DNA from: Tubiluchus corallicola | Taxonomy: Eukaryota; Animalia; Priapulida | Direction of reading: 5' to 3' | DNA: 39,806 nucleotides | Assembly: GCA_030141605.1 (NCBI GenBank) | Contig: JAQGDQ010001462.1 | Span: 1-39,806 of the forward strand | Shown: positions 22,304-34,522 of the stretch, one piece after another | Position numbering within the stretch: the stretch's first letter is position 1 | Layout: each line of letters starts with the position of its first letter | The notes under the pieces: model-generated | The model's database searches: none | Told to the model about the DNA's origin: nothing | What the model saw: only the letters and a program-made list of their open reading frames with translations | Translations under genes and position numbers: made by a program

Positions 22304-25241
22304 GTTGCAGTAAACAGCATCCGAAGAGATATTGTAACTCATGGAATAAAGTTAAGACTTATTCTGGGAATAACATTAATGTTTTGTATACTAATGCAGA
22401 TCAATTCTTAAACAAGAGACAGGAATTAATTACAAAATTATTTCAGGATTCTACGATTTATCATGTAGTTGCAATTACGGAAGTGAACTCTAAATCTGGT
22501 GAAAATTACATAGACAAAACTGAGTTAACAATCCCGGGTTATAATGTATCTATTTATAACTCTTGTGGCCGTGGTGTAGTTATATACGTTCATCGGAGTA
22601 TTGACTTTTTTGAATTACATTGTAAATATTTTAAGTGCGCAGTAGGTGTAAAAATTAAACTTCAAGAGAATCAAAGTTTGTGTATTCTCCTGATATACAG
22701 AAGTCCGTCCTCAACAATCAGTGATAATGCTAATCTTATTAAACTGATTTCATATGTCTGTGAATCTCACAAATCAAATATCTGTATTCTGGGTGACTTT
22801 AATTTACCAGGAATTGACTGGCAATTGGAGTTCTCCAATAATGCTGCTGAAAATGAGTTTTTAGAATGCTTTGAGCTGAACATGTTATCTCAACACGTGA
22901 AATTTGCAACACGCCATCGCATTGGAAATGAACCATCTTTACTTGATCTAGTTTTTACTGAGCAAGATGATTTGGTAAAATATTTGAGATCTAGTTCACC
23001 ATTAGGTAATAGTGACCATGTGTGCTTGCATTTTAGTTTGAATGTAAATGTACTGCCAGTCAAAATTCTACCTCAGAAGAAGATGTGTTTAAACAAAGTT
23101 AATTTCAGCAGTATGTGTAATGCATTTAGCCAAGTTGATTGGATTAATGTTTTAAATAGTAATCTTACTCTTGATGATATGTGGACAAAATTTCATAATG
23201 TGTACATGTCAGTTGTTGATGAATATGTGCCTAGTTTCTATCCAAGTTCTTGTAATAAGAGTAGTCGACCTCGGCCTCCTTGGTTAACTAAGCAGTTGCT
23301 TGGCTGTATTAAGGAGAAAGAAAAGTTGTTTTTTGACTGGAAGAGACAAAGAACAAAACTTTCTTATGAACGGTATGCTGCAAGGCGTAATGTGGTGAAA
23401 AACCTATAACTACTGCGAGAAAAAGATATGAACGTATTTTAGCAAGTAATTGCAAGAGTAATCCCAAGGCATTCTGGCAGTATATCAATGCGCTTCGGAA
23501 GCCAAAGTCTAGAATTCATTCACTGAAGAATTCCCAAGGTATTCTTGTCTCTGATTCAGAGGAGAAGGCACAAATTTTGAACGATTTTTTCATTAGTGTA
23601 TTTAGTCCCAACGCTTCTGACTATGAAGTAACTACAGTGCAACAATATCCTGATATCAGCAATGTTTCCATAACTGAAGAAGAGGTGCTTTATGAGTTAC
23701 AAAATCTCAATGTAAACAAATCCGCTCCAGATAGTTACCATCCACGTATTTTAAATGAATGTAGAACTGTGCTTTTTAAGCCTATATACACCTTACTGGA
23801 TAGGTCTTTTGCTGATTGTCAGTTACCTGGACAATGGAAGGTGGCACAGGTTACTCCCATTCATAAAAAAGGGGACAAGTCAGATCCATCGAACTACAGG
23901 CCAGTTAGCTTACTAAATACAATTAATAAGGTGACAGAAAAAATCATGCTGAAACATATAATGAACCATCTGATAAGATACAACATTATTTGTGAAGAAC
24001 AACATGGGTTTGTTAAGGGTAAAACAACGGTTACCCAACTGTTACAATGTTACGATGCATGGTTTGAGTTAAAAGATGCTAATAAGCCTTTTGATATAAT
24101 ACTACTGGACCTGAAAAAGGCGTTTGATGTTGTACCTCATCACTTTCTGTTTGCAAAACTTAAAAATTGTGGTATAACTGGTTCAGTTTTACAGTGGATA
24201 GTAAACTTCTTAGAAAATAGAAGTCAATGTACGTGTGTTGATGGTTACAAATCGACTGAGTCCTTGATTACTAGTGGTGTACAGCAAGGTTCGGTATTAG
24301 GTCCGTGTTTATTTGTGGTATTTATAAATGACTTGCCTAGTGGTGTGAGTAATTCTCTTCGTCTTTTTGCCGACGACAGCAAAATCTGGTCTGAATCTGA
24401 TTCTTTTACCAGCTGTAATGATCTTCAATTGGATCTAGAAGGGCTCTGTGATTGGGCAGTTGAAAATGGTATGCAGTTCCATCCCAACAAGTGTAAGGTT
24501 GTATCTGTGGGAGCAGGATATGAATATAAATACAAAATGTATGATGCAAGTGGCATTCCGGCAGAATTGGACTTTAGTGCTTGGGAGAAAGACCTTGGAT
24601 TATTACTTGATAATAAACTAAATTTTAAAGATCACATAGCAGAAATCATAAAGAGTGCCAAACGAAACAATGCTTTAATAAGGAGGAATTTCAAGTACCT
24701 AGATCTGCAAACTTTCAAGCTTCTATATGTGGCACTTGTGCGATCAAAAGTGGAGTATGGAAGTAGTATTTGGACTAGTCCTAGGGCATATATAGTGGAC
24801 CCAGTCGAAACTGTCCAAATGAGAGCTTTCAACATGTTACCGGAACTAATGAACTTAACGTATGAAAGTCAGTTAAAACGAATAGGTTTAACTACATTAG
24901 CTTTTAGACGTTTACGTGGCCAACTAATTGATGTATACAGATATGTATCTGGAGTTTACAGCTGTGATGATTGTCCTGTTAAATTAGAAGTACATCGTAC
25001 AGCAAGATCAGGTCCTATTCTTCATAAATCAAGAACTGCACACAAAACTGGTAAATACGACTATTTTTCTTGTACGATGCCAGAAATCTGGAATAGATTG
25101 CCCTGTGATGTGAGAACAGCAACATCTGTAAATTTATTTAAATCAAAATTAGATAGACACTATGAACATCATCCATTGAAATTTAATCACCGTGCTAATT
25201 GGAACATGCCTATAACAAGGATGCTGGATTACATATTATAG
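22282..25241 (+). pseudogene. LINE ORF2 (apurinic-type endonuclease plus reverse transcriptase) with one frameshift near 23405
   Basis: EN motifs YTNA, ITE, IYRSP, GDFN, LDLVF, SDH; RT motifs NYRPVSL, QHGF, DLKKAFD, QGSVLGP, FADD, KDLG. A 1-nt deletion at ~23405 joins ORF 22282..23409 to the frame of ORF 23577..25241. Confidence 0.93.
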
Positions 25242-25362
25242 TGAGAAAACTTGCCAGTGGAGTCACCTAGGTGTTGATGACAATCTATTAAATGTGCAAT
25301 TTGTCGCAATTACAGTCGAAGAACTATTTGTCTCAAAAGTTATATTATAACTACTGGAGATT

Positions 25363-25412
<50 letters not shown>

Positions 25413-25413
25413 T

Positions 25414-25485
<72 letters not shown>
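25363..25485 (+). repeat. (TAC)n microsatellite, probable LINE 3' tail
   Basis: About 41 units, ~120 bp after the ORF2 stop. Confidence 0.85.
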
Positions 25486-26125
25486 ATATAGCTGTGATTA
25501 CAGTTAAAGGACAGTAACGTTTTCGAGCAGTCTAGATTCGTTGTGATACATTTTGTGCACTATCGAAATTTACAGCCAAATGGATATTTGGGACAATTTG
25601 CTAAAGCCGTTATGGAGTTACTACTGTTCATGTGGAAGGTTGGACTGAATATCACCGCATAAATTTACCTGACGCCAGCCTCTGATAAAGCTAAACCATT
25701 CTCGATGTCACCTCACCTACCTCATCTACTGGACAGTGCAGACTTCGTTTCCAGTGACGTCACCAATGATTATGTGGCATGCCAAGATATTAATGGACAG
25801 TGAACCATTTCAACGTGGACAGGTCTTTCGGTGCACCTCCCAGGGAAAGGGTAATTAGTGAGTACCTAGTGTATTAGAATCTAATTTGTTTATCTTTAGT
25901 TGGGTTTTGCCTCGTATTTATCTGATTGCTTTTGAAAATTATCTTTTTGATCATATCATCACAAATTTGTTCATTAAATTTTGATTGTTCGTTATACACA
26001 AAATATGTATCTTGGAGTGCGTTTCTTTGTGAACGTTTAAAAAGTATTTGAATAGTGAAAATATTATGAATAGTTCACACTTTGTTAGCTAAACACAATA
26101 ACAGCAACTGAAGGCCGACACTTAA

Positions 26126-26256
26126 GATCCCACTCGTGATTCGAACCCACATCTTTTATCTCAAGGTACGCCCCGTAGAGGTACCTATGAGAAACTTATT
26201 CAGTTTCTAAACTACTAACATCGGTGTACTACTACCTCACCGCTCGGCTAGGAGTA
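26126..26256 (-). other. tRNA-derived sequence with an abnormally long A-box to B-box spacer (SINE head or intron-containing tRNA pseudogene)
   Basis: The - strand has TAGCCGAGCGG (A box) and GGGTTCGAATC (B box) about 80 nt apart, with internal hairpins. Confidence 0.4.
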
Positions 26257-26683
26257 CTAGTTTGGGAATTGTTGAAGAAAATCTGGTTTAAATAAAGAAC
26301 AGAAAACCAACAAGTAAAACCCGGCGTCACAGAAACTTTTGAACTGCAAACTTACTGGTCGTGTGATATAAAGCTAAATCACAGGAAAAATGAAGCATAT
26401 ATGTATGTATAAAACATCGTTGCTAGGTTTAAACTAGATTGTTAGTTTAAACATAATTTATTTAGGATTGGATCAGACAGTTTGTACAACATGATTTAAT
26501 ATCCTCACCACAACAGACTTTATACACTATTTACAAGAACATTTACATTAAGAATACACTATAACTACACAAGCTGACAAGTTTTACTACAAGATTACAT
26601 TGGACATTAGTAGAAAATGACGGTTAGAAAATATTAATGTACGATTATTTAAGACTGATGTATTTCATATCAGATAGAAACTA

Positions 26684-26944
26684 CTACAAGCGTTTAGTAC
26701 GTAATATAAAGTCATGTATGCATTGGAATATTTTACAGTTAGCAACATAGTTAAATTCATCTTTTCCGAATAATAACAACTTCAACAGATCATTATTTCC
26801 TAAGGCAGCTATATTAAGCCTTTCGGGCACAAGTATTTCATTTAGTTTATCAAACATAACAACCCTAGTTTGTTGATACAATGAACAGTGCAACAAAAAG
26901 TGTTCAACAGACTCAAATCGAAATCCACAGTTACAATTGGGCAA
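26684..26944 (-). mobile_element. 3'-terminal fragment of a non-LTR retrotransposon ORF2 (C-terminal CCHC zinc knuckle)
   Basis: CNCG...ESVEHFLLHCSLY...R...LLLFG...N..IF..IHDFI..TKRL*. Confidence 0.8.
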
Positions 26945-27431
26945 TATTGTTTCTTAATGACGTTCTTCTGTGTTTCGTGGATTTGTTTTTATTTGCACAT
27001 TATCATAACTAATCACTACAAATAAGACAATTTGCGCCCAGGTAGTCACCTGTAATGACTTCATCGTGTCCTTGATCATGTATCATAATAACTATGACAT
27101 CAACTCTATTTACCTTGATCCACTCACGATAATTGTTGCCATGGCATTCAACTTCCTCCTCTTGGATTCATCAACTTGGGTTCACACAAATTGAAATTAA
27201 TGCGTGGTTGTCGTTGCCGTAGTCACAGCTGACACAGCTGGTGTTACTAGTGCAATGCGTGATTTGCTTTAGTGTAATTTATTGTAACGACTTAATTGAC
27301 ATGTTTGCGTCTCATTAAAACACCAATAAACAATGCTTAGAAAGGTGAAAGATAAGATGCACTTTATTCCAGGGTAAAAACTATAATATCAACACGCACG
27401 TACAATACAATATATACAATAGCTACTACGT

Positions 27432-27532
27432 CACACACGCACGCACACACACGCACACAAGCGCGCGCGCACACACGCGCGCGCACACACACACACTCAC
27501 ACACACACACACGCACAACACACACACATAAC

Positions 27533-27566
<34 letters not shown>

Positions 27567-27670
27567 GTACACACACACACACGCACACAAGCGCACACAC
27601 ACACACACGTACACACACACACACACGCACAACACACACACATAACACACCCACCCACACACATACACTA
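27432..27670. repeat. Compound (CA)n/(CG)n microsatellite with internal duplication
   Basis: Directly visible; the CV-rich ORFs are translations of it. Confidence 0.9.
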
Positions 27671-27955
27671 ACACACTAACCCACGCACCGTACAAAATGA
27701 AAGATTTAAAATTGATAGATATTTTCTGTACATAGCTGATTTATCTAATATTGATAAATTTTAGTTAAAAAGATACAATGACTGTTAAAAACTTCATTTA
27801 TCAAACTGTTATGGCTATTAAAAAAACGTATCTTAACACTGTAATTATTTTTCCGTAAAATAACACTAAAGATGGGGCTATGTGAGATTAAGACACATAC
27901 TTCTGGCAGCACAATCGAAGCTTGTTTAAAAAGCGCGCGTATTCCTTTATTTTAA

Positions 27956-28617
27956 AGTACAAGAAAACCCTCCATTTACATAAAGCTTAAAAATTCGTTT
28001 CGAAATCTTATACCACTTGCACACTACCTTTTCGTATGCAGGGCTTGCATCGGCAGTAACGCTGTATAAAACGTGTAAATTTAAACTCCCGCGATGACAG
28101 TTAGGCGCAGCCACTTTAATGGTAGGTCCTTTGAAACAAGTTTTGATAACATTAAGTAAAGTTTGAAAAAATAATCAGAGCATTCGTAGCATACACGTTG
28201 CTAATTAAGTAAAACTTTACTTATCTTGTCAATAAGATTAGAAATACGTTTTTGGCTATTGAGTGGTGCACCCTGGAGGGTGAGTCATTGACATTTTACC
28301 AATTGGCACAAACACTTTAAATTATTAGTCTAGTTACATAAGTCTTTCCAGCAGGTAAGTGAAATGCTAAGTAATATAGATTTGCACGGAAAGTTTTTAG
28401 CACATAATTTAACATTGCCTTTTCTTCCCCTGATTTACGTGGCGTAGTGACGTCATGTAATGGCGCCGTCGGAACAGTATTGCTGGAGATTTAAATTGAA
28501 AACAAACGAAAATTCCTTTCGACGCGAATACGATGTGTGCATAAAGTTTCTGTAAAGCAGTATAATTTTTTACGGCGATTTTCCCGAAACCTACTTCAGG
28601 TGCCCCTTTCTTCTCCT
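27956..28617 (+). mobile_element. Kolobok-like non-autonomous element, copy 2 (more diverged)
   Basis: TTAA|AGTACAAGAAAA left end; colinear with 19991-20672. Confidence 0.8.
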
Positions 28618-29326
28618 AAGATGCAATTTAGCATCGAGGAAATACAAGGAGAAGATTCTAATTAATGAGTTAACACGTGCATAGAATAGATGAGTTTGAG
28701 TTTTAAAATGAAAGCACACCGTATAGTCATAAATTAGGCGCAGCAATAAGTCTAGACAAGCTTTAAGCGACTTTTATGTGTTTAAAACTATAATAGTAAA
28801 AGTTGTGCTAAAGTACGAAACAATAAAAATATCCACAATGAATAAAATTCGTTTGACCTTTATGCTACAGTTGGAGAAAGTACGAATCAATTTGCTCGAT
28901 TTGATGTAAAAACGAGGCGGCTACCTTTGGGACCAGAGATGTAAATTTTATACACCAGGTAGCGCAAAAAATGCGCAAAAGTTTTGATTATGATATTACA
29001 AGATGAAATATGGAAATCTCTTGAAAATTACCGCACTGATGTTGCATACGCTTTTGCATAAACGTCAGAAAATTTAAGTCGCTCTCTTAGATTCCAAAGA
29101 TACAAAAATTCTAATTTAGATCAACAAGTCATAAAAAATCCGGAAAAGATTTCGAAAACGTCAATATTGTTAAAATTTAGAGCTCTGTGTGTCCACCATT
29201 TAGATAAACATTAAGACACTAGTAAGTTCGTCACGATTTTAAGTTACCACAGATGAAGCAAATTAGTCGATCAGTTTTTTCCAGTCGTTCCAGAATCAAA
29301 GTCGTTTGCCAGTTTTAGTTTGTTAA

Positions 29327-29781
29327 ACCTTTCAGTCCCAAATTACCTTTTTAGTAAGAAATTTTTTTGGCTTGGTACTTTTGTTCAGTATGTCCATCTT
29401 GTTTACACATAATTATTTTTTTCTACCTGTGCCCGCGTGCTAAATATAGCCTGTATCCCACACGATACATTGAGATTCAATGGAAGCATAAAATGTGCTT
29501 CATTTTGCAAATGCTGATAATTTTTTAAAGTATTTAAGACATTTAGTATGCATGCTATGCTGATCTGTACAAAGTCGTCTCTAAAGTACTGTACCTTGCG
29601 CAGTTTTTTATGCTATGTAGATTTTCTAGTTTGCCATTTTATCACCATTTTTAGTCTATTGTTATTGGTTTACATCAAAATAACTATTAACAGATCAAAT
29701 AACTGTCAGTTTTAAAATTTTGTTAATTTTAAAGGCAGAAAATATTCTAGTATCCCACGGGATACAACGGAAATGAAAGGG
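29327..29781 (+). mobile_element. piggyBac-like MITE, copy 2
   Basis: TTAA at 29323-29326 and 29782-29785; near-identical to 9108-9567. Confidence 0.88.
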
Positions 29782-30265
29782 TTAAGCTAATTTAATTTAA
29801 ATCGTGCAAACAACAAAAACTGACAAAGTCAGACCCAACAGCCAATGGCGTCTTGCGCTCGCGACATCATGTTGTGTGTTTTCGCGTGGGGGTGTGAACA
29901 CGTCCTTGAAGGGCAATTTAAAAAAGTACTAAACATAAGTAATCTTCACGCATGTCACAATGTACATATTAATCCTATTTATCCTGTCTTATCTTTATGA
30001 GAAATTTAAATTTTACATTATAGTGTAACTAATTACAGTGTAAAACATTAAAGATCTGAAAGTTTTATTACAACAAAAGGCAATTTCAAGATACGTCCTT
30101 AAAAGCTTTCCAGGCTAAGATATATTACTTTGCGTTGCGCTTAACTGCTTGAAAGACATTTATAACTAGAAACAACATCTTAATAATTTAAAATGCTCGC
30201 ACCAACTGGTAAGATGTCGCTGACTGACCTTCCCAGGGTGCATCACTGACTCACCTAAAAACAAA

Positions 30266-30805
30266 CGTTTTTTTTGGCCTCCTTTTGTCTCTGAAGACAA
30301 TGGAGTGTGCGCCAAGAGAGTCAGTTATTGACCACATTGATGGAGCTGCAGCGTCGATTGTGGCTGAGCAGTGCGATCCTTGAACGTCTCCAGGGCGCAC
30401 GCCTGGGCAAGGTGTATGGAGATCCTGAGTTGTCCAGACAACAGGAACCCCCTCTCTTCCTCCCTGGTGTAGTCCAAAGGAAAGCGGAGCGATACGTTTG
30501 GCACCAGGTTGGTTGCAGGAGCTGCCGGAGTCAGTGAGCATGCTGCACTGGTCTGCCTTCAGGGCTCCACTCCTGATTTGGAAGGTTTACTCCTCTACAC
30601 ATGGCCGTTGGGTCACTTGACCTCCTCCGCGCTCTAGCCGGTGGCTGCTTGTGCAGCTCCTCCGCCTAGCATCGAGATACAGTGTGGGCATCCCCGCAAG
30701 CCTACAGCACCTGGTATTCCTAGGCGGTCACCCATCCAAGTACTAACCAGGCTCTACGTTGCTTAACTTCGGTAAGCGGACTAGAACCGGTGTTTTCAAC
30801 GTGAT
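30266..30805 (-). mobile_element. 5S rRNA-derived SINE (SINE3) with RTE-like bipartite body and A-tail
   Basis: On the - strand: 5S head, GC-rich body, RTE-like C-terminal peptide SRIALLSHNRRCS, then A8. Flanked by the direct repeat TAAAAACAAA (30256-30265, 30806-30815). Confidence 0.85.
30698..30803 (-). rRNA. 5S rRNA-like sequence lacking the first ~13 nt and lacking a T-run terminator (SINE head, not a functional 5S gene)
   Basis: CACGTTGAAAACACCGGTTCTAGTCCGCTTACCGAAGTTAAGCAACGTAGAGCCTGGTTAGTACTTGGATGGGTGACCGCCTAGGAATACCAGGTGCTGTAGGCTT matches metazoan 5S rRNA, including the A box AGTTAAGC and C box TGGATGGGTG. Confidence 0.9.
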
Positions 30806-31402
30806 TAAAAACAAATTTACTTTGAATCTTATTCGTAAGATACGTTAATTTACACTTTTGCCTAGTTAGTCAAGTGTTTGCTACGAATGCTCTGATTATA
30901 TTTTCGCAGCATTTTTAATTACAATGGCGTGTATCGTGTCAGGTTAAATATTTCAATGACCACAGAAACTATTTTTGCACATTCACAAAGCACAAAGTAG
31001 TGAATTTTTAAAAATACAGTCATTTACATCGCAGACATTCCGCAAATTTATATATTCTATCAAAACTGTGCATTAGATCAGGGAGCCTACAATTTTCAAC
31101 TTTACATAATTTTCGTGTCAGTTTAGTTTTTTACACTGCAGAATAAAATGTTCCTCGTCCTCTCCAAATTTATTTGGTTGACAGAATTCACATATTTGTT
31201 CCTCTCTAGGTTTTCGTTGCCTTCGGCCCTTTTCAGTAGCCAAATCATGAAAAATTAAACGTGAACGTGCAACATTTCAACAGGCTGTGGTAAACAATTT
31301 TCTATAATCATAAAATCCAGAAGTTAAATCTGTTTTTATGCTCAAATAATACTGGTACTTTGACCTTCCTTGTGCTGCTCCTACACGTAGCCAGCTTCTT
31401 AA

Positions 31403-32087
31403 AGGACAAGAAAAGGGGCATCTGAAGTAAGTTTCAGAAAAATCGCCTTAAAAAATTATATTACTTTATAGCAATTTTATGCGTATATCTCACTCACACT
31501 GAAAGCAATTTTAGTTTGTTTTCATTTTAGATCTCCCGCAATACTGTTCCGAAGTCACCATTACATGACGTCATGCACTAAACGTAAATCATGGGAGGAA
31601 AAGGCAACGTTAAATTATGTCTCAAAAGACTTTCCTTGCAAATCTACATTACTTAGATTTTCGCTTACCTGCAAGAAAGACTTATGTAACTAGAAAAGAA
31701 AATTATTAATTATTTAAAATGTTTTCACCAATTGATAAAATGTCGCTGACTCACCCTCCAGGGTGCACCACTCACTAACCAAAAAAACGTATTTTTAATC
31801 TTATCGACAAGATACAGTAATTTTAAATTTTATTTAGTTAGTGACTTGTGCCCTACGAATGCTCTGATTATTCTTTCAAACTTTGCAAAATGTTATCTAA
31901 ACTTGTTTCAAATGACCTGTCGTGAAAATGGCTGCGTCTAACGGTCATCGCGGGAGTTTAAATTTACATGTTTTATACAGCGTGACTGCCGATTGAAGTC
32001 CTGCACGCAAAAAGGTAGTATGTAAGTGATATAAAATTTCAAAACGAATTTTTCAAGCTTTATGGTTATGAAGGGTTTTCTTGTGCT
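31403..32087 (-). mobile_element. Kolobok-like non-autonomous element, copy 3 (complete)
   Basis: TTAA|AGGACAAGAAAA ... TTTTCTTGTGCT|TTAA: TTAA TSD with RR..YY termini as described for Kolobok. Confidence 0.85.
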
Positions 32088-32505
32088 TTAAGTCAACCTT
32101 ATCCGTCTTTTTCTATTTTCACTGGATTTATACTTGTCAACCAACCAACTAACGCAGCAAAGAAGTGATATAAAATTTGAAGGCGATTTTTTTTTAACTC
32201 TACGTAAGTAAAGTAACGTGAATTTTATAATTATGTCACCCATTTCCATAATCATTTTTCTGTTATTTGAGGCAGATTGAAAGTATGATTAAGTGTGTAC
32301 AACACTTTGCACGGGTGTTAAATTGCACTTGTTATAATTATTGTTTAACTTGCACGGGTGTTAAATTGCACTTGTTATAATTATTGTTTAACTAAACGCG
32401 TTTAATAATCTGGTAATTTGTCATCATTACAGAAAGTTTTTCTAAAGTAATCCGACTAATTTATAATTTTATAACTGTTACATGACATGAAAATATACCA
32501 GCAGA

Positions 32506-34078
32506 CAGTGGCGTAGCTAGTAGACAGCTAGTAGGACGTAGGGGGGGGGGGGGGCAACTGCTCATTTTCCTGTAAAAAAACCTCTTTTATGTGCTCTTTT
32601 CAATGTTTAACAAGATTTTGCAAAACAGAACTGCTTCACAATGACACCACATGCTTCTCTGAGACCACGTTGTTTTCCCCTTGTGTTTGTTAAAAAATTA
32701 CTTCACCAATTGCAAGTCATGTTAATTCAACTTGTGTGAGGTTTTTTGGCGTCTGATTTGCCAACATTTAATTACGACAAAGGCAACTTGCGAAGCAAAA
32801 ATCCGAATTATACAGATATTGCACGGTATCTACTATTTCAATTTTAAAGTTGCAGAAGTTTTTGTTTGAGAATAATTCTTGCAATAATTCAAATATTCGA
32901 TAATGGTTGATTCTTATTTATTTATTTATTTCATCGCATTGCATTGAAAGAATTTTCTGGAGTCATTACTTTATTTGACCATCCTGCCTCCCGTGTTTTT
33001 GAAATGAGCTGTTCATTTGTCAAGATTGAGTGATCGAGGTGGATTATAATTAAATTATAGATTGCTTTGCTAGAGTGAAGCCTAGATGAAAGAATATAGA
33101 CCTGCATTAACTCAAATGTAGATTTAGGCAATTCAAATGTGTCTTGGTAACTCAAATGTAGATTTAGGCAATTCAAATGTGTCTTGGTAACTCAAATGTA
33201 GATTTAGGTAGTTCAAATGTGTCTTGGTAACTCAAATGTAGATTTAGGTAGTTCAAATGTGTCTTGGTAACTCAAATGTAGACTTAGGTAGTTCAAATGT
33301 GTTAACAATGGTTTTCAAGAAATCTTGAGCGTAATTAGTGATTCACTGTTCATTGGGAAGTGGGAACCAATTTATTCTTTTCTACCGACGTTATGGTTTA
33401 TCAAAGAATTTAGTTTGAGGATAAACAATGCATTTTTCAAAGTTCTGAAAGAGGTGATGACTATCTTTGGTTTATCTTTTAGTAATTTGCACTTAAATGA
33501 GTTAATTACGGATTTATTCAAAGTAATGCATCTACATTTGACTTACCTAAGTCACATTTGAGTTAACAAAACACATTCGAAATTCCTATGTCTACATTTG
33601 ACTTACCTAAGTCACATTTGAGTTACCAAAACACATTCGAAATTCCTATGTCTACATTTGACTTACCTAAGTCACATTTGAGTTACCAAACCACTTTCGA
33701 AATTCCTATGTCTACATTTGACTTACCTGAGTCACATTTGAACTTTCCTGTGTCCACATTTGACGTGTAAAACCTGTAGTTCCTTCACGATGCATTTTTC
33801 ACAATGCTTCATTTTGTTTTCAGTTTACGTTTAAAATGAAAATAATTAAAAAACACATGTTTTATTATGCTTTGACATTGATAACCTTTAATAGGTGTTT
33901 TCATTTTGAATACAAAATAAAAATTATGTGCTTCCTTTAAAACTGAATCTTTTTTATGTTTTGATTTCAAACACGTAATTAAAAAGTATAATCAATGCGT
34001 TAAAAATAGTTTGTTGTGCGTCATTTCACCTTTTTATATGCTTGCTCCCCCTAACTTTAGAACCTGGCTACGCCCCTG
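32506..34078. mobile_element. hAT-like non-autonomous element (1.57 kb) with a nested insertion
   Basis: TIR CAGTGGCGTAGCTAG / CTGGCTACGCCCCTG and perfect 8-bp TSD CCAGCAGA (32498-32505, 34079-34086). Confidence 0.88.
33097..33774. mobile_element. Element with inverted subterminal arrays of TCAAATGT motifs, copy 1 (left end lost; nested in the hAT-like element)
   Basis: 40-bp repeats of TCAAATGT motifs on the left and 60-bp repeats of ACATTTGA motifs on the right; homologous to 35719-36353. Confidence 0.8.
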
Positions 34079-34522
34079 CCAGCAGATTGGCACCCCTTGC
34101 TGCGAGAGTAAAGTTTGACGTAGTGTAAACACGCCTTTAGTTTTTAGATTGACGGCTTTTTTCTTCAGTTTGAGTTTGACAGTTTAAAAACTGATTGTGT
34201 AAACGGAGCATTAGTTTCGTATATACGATCGAAGCGCTTTGCTTTTCAACGTGAATTCATTATTAGCTGACATTTTTGCTTGGCATTCTATACTTAACAG
34301 AGGAAAATGGAGACATTGTCACAAAAAGCTATCTGAACGATTTATGTTATTACGCCATGGTAAGATCATTAGTCAATTATGATGCTTAATTAAGTTCATT
34401 TGTTTTAATTGTTTAATCACACTCTGCGTGCTAAACACTACTACATGAATTGCAAGATTTGCCATTTGCGTAATTAAATGCTGGCAAAACAGACGCTAAA
34501 AGCCACACTCAAGCTGAATTAA

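Larger units (their letters stand above)
21037..25485 (+). mobile_element. Near-full-length CR1/L2-group non-LTR retrotransposon (5' UTR, ORF1, ORF2, 3' UTR, TAC tail), disabled
   Basis: PHD-finger ORF1 overlapping an APE-RT ORF2, followed by (TAC)n at 25363-25485. The 5' boundary is approximate and no TSD was identified. Confidence 0.9.
30075..30905 (-). mobile_element. Older, diverged fragment of the Kolobok-like family, split by the SINE at 30266-30805
   Basis: 30075-30265 and 30806-30905 are consecutively colinear with about 31598-31875 (e.g. ATGTCGCTGACT..CCAGGGTGCA and CTACGAATGCTCTGATTAT). Confidence 0.7.

Noticed and set aside
19991-28617. LTR pair flanking the RT-encoding element
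   Set aside because: The direct repeats are Kolobok-like MITE copies (a third is inverted at 31403), and the RT is non-LTR type with APE endonuclease and no integrase.
30251-30541. ORFs 30251..30541 (-) and 30307..30537 (+) as protein genes
   Set aside because: They lie inside the GC-rich SINE body and show no recognisable domain in these frames.
30698-30803. Functional 5S rRNA gene
   Set aside because: The 5' end is missing, there is no oligo-T terminator, it is a single copy, and it is fused to a retroposon body with A-tail and TSD.
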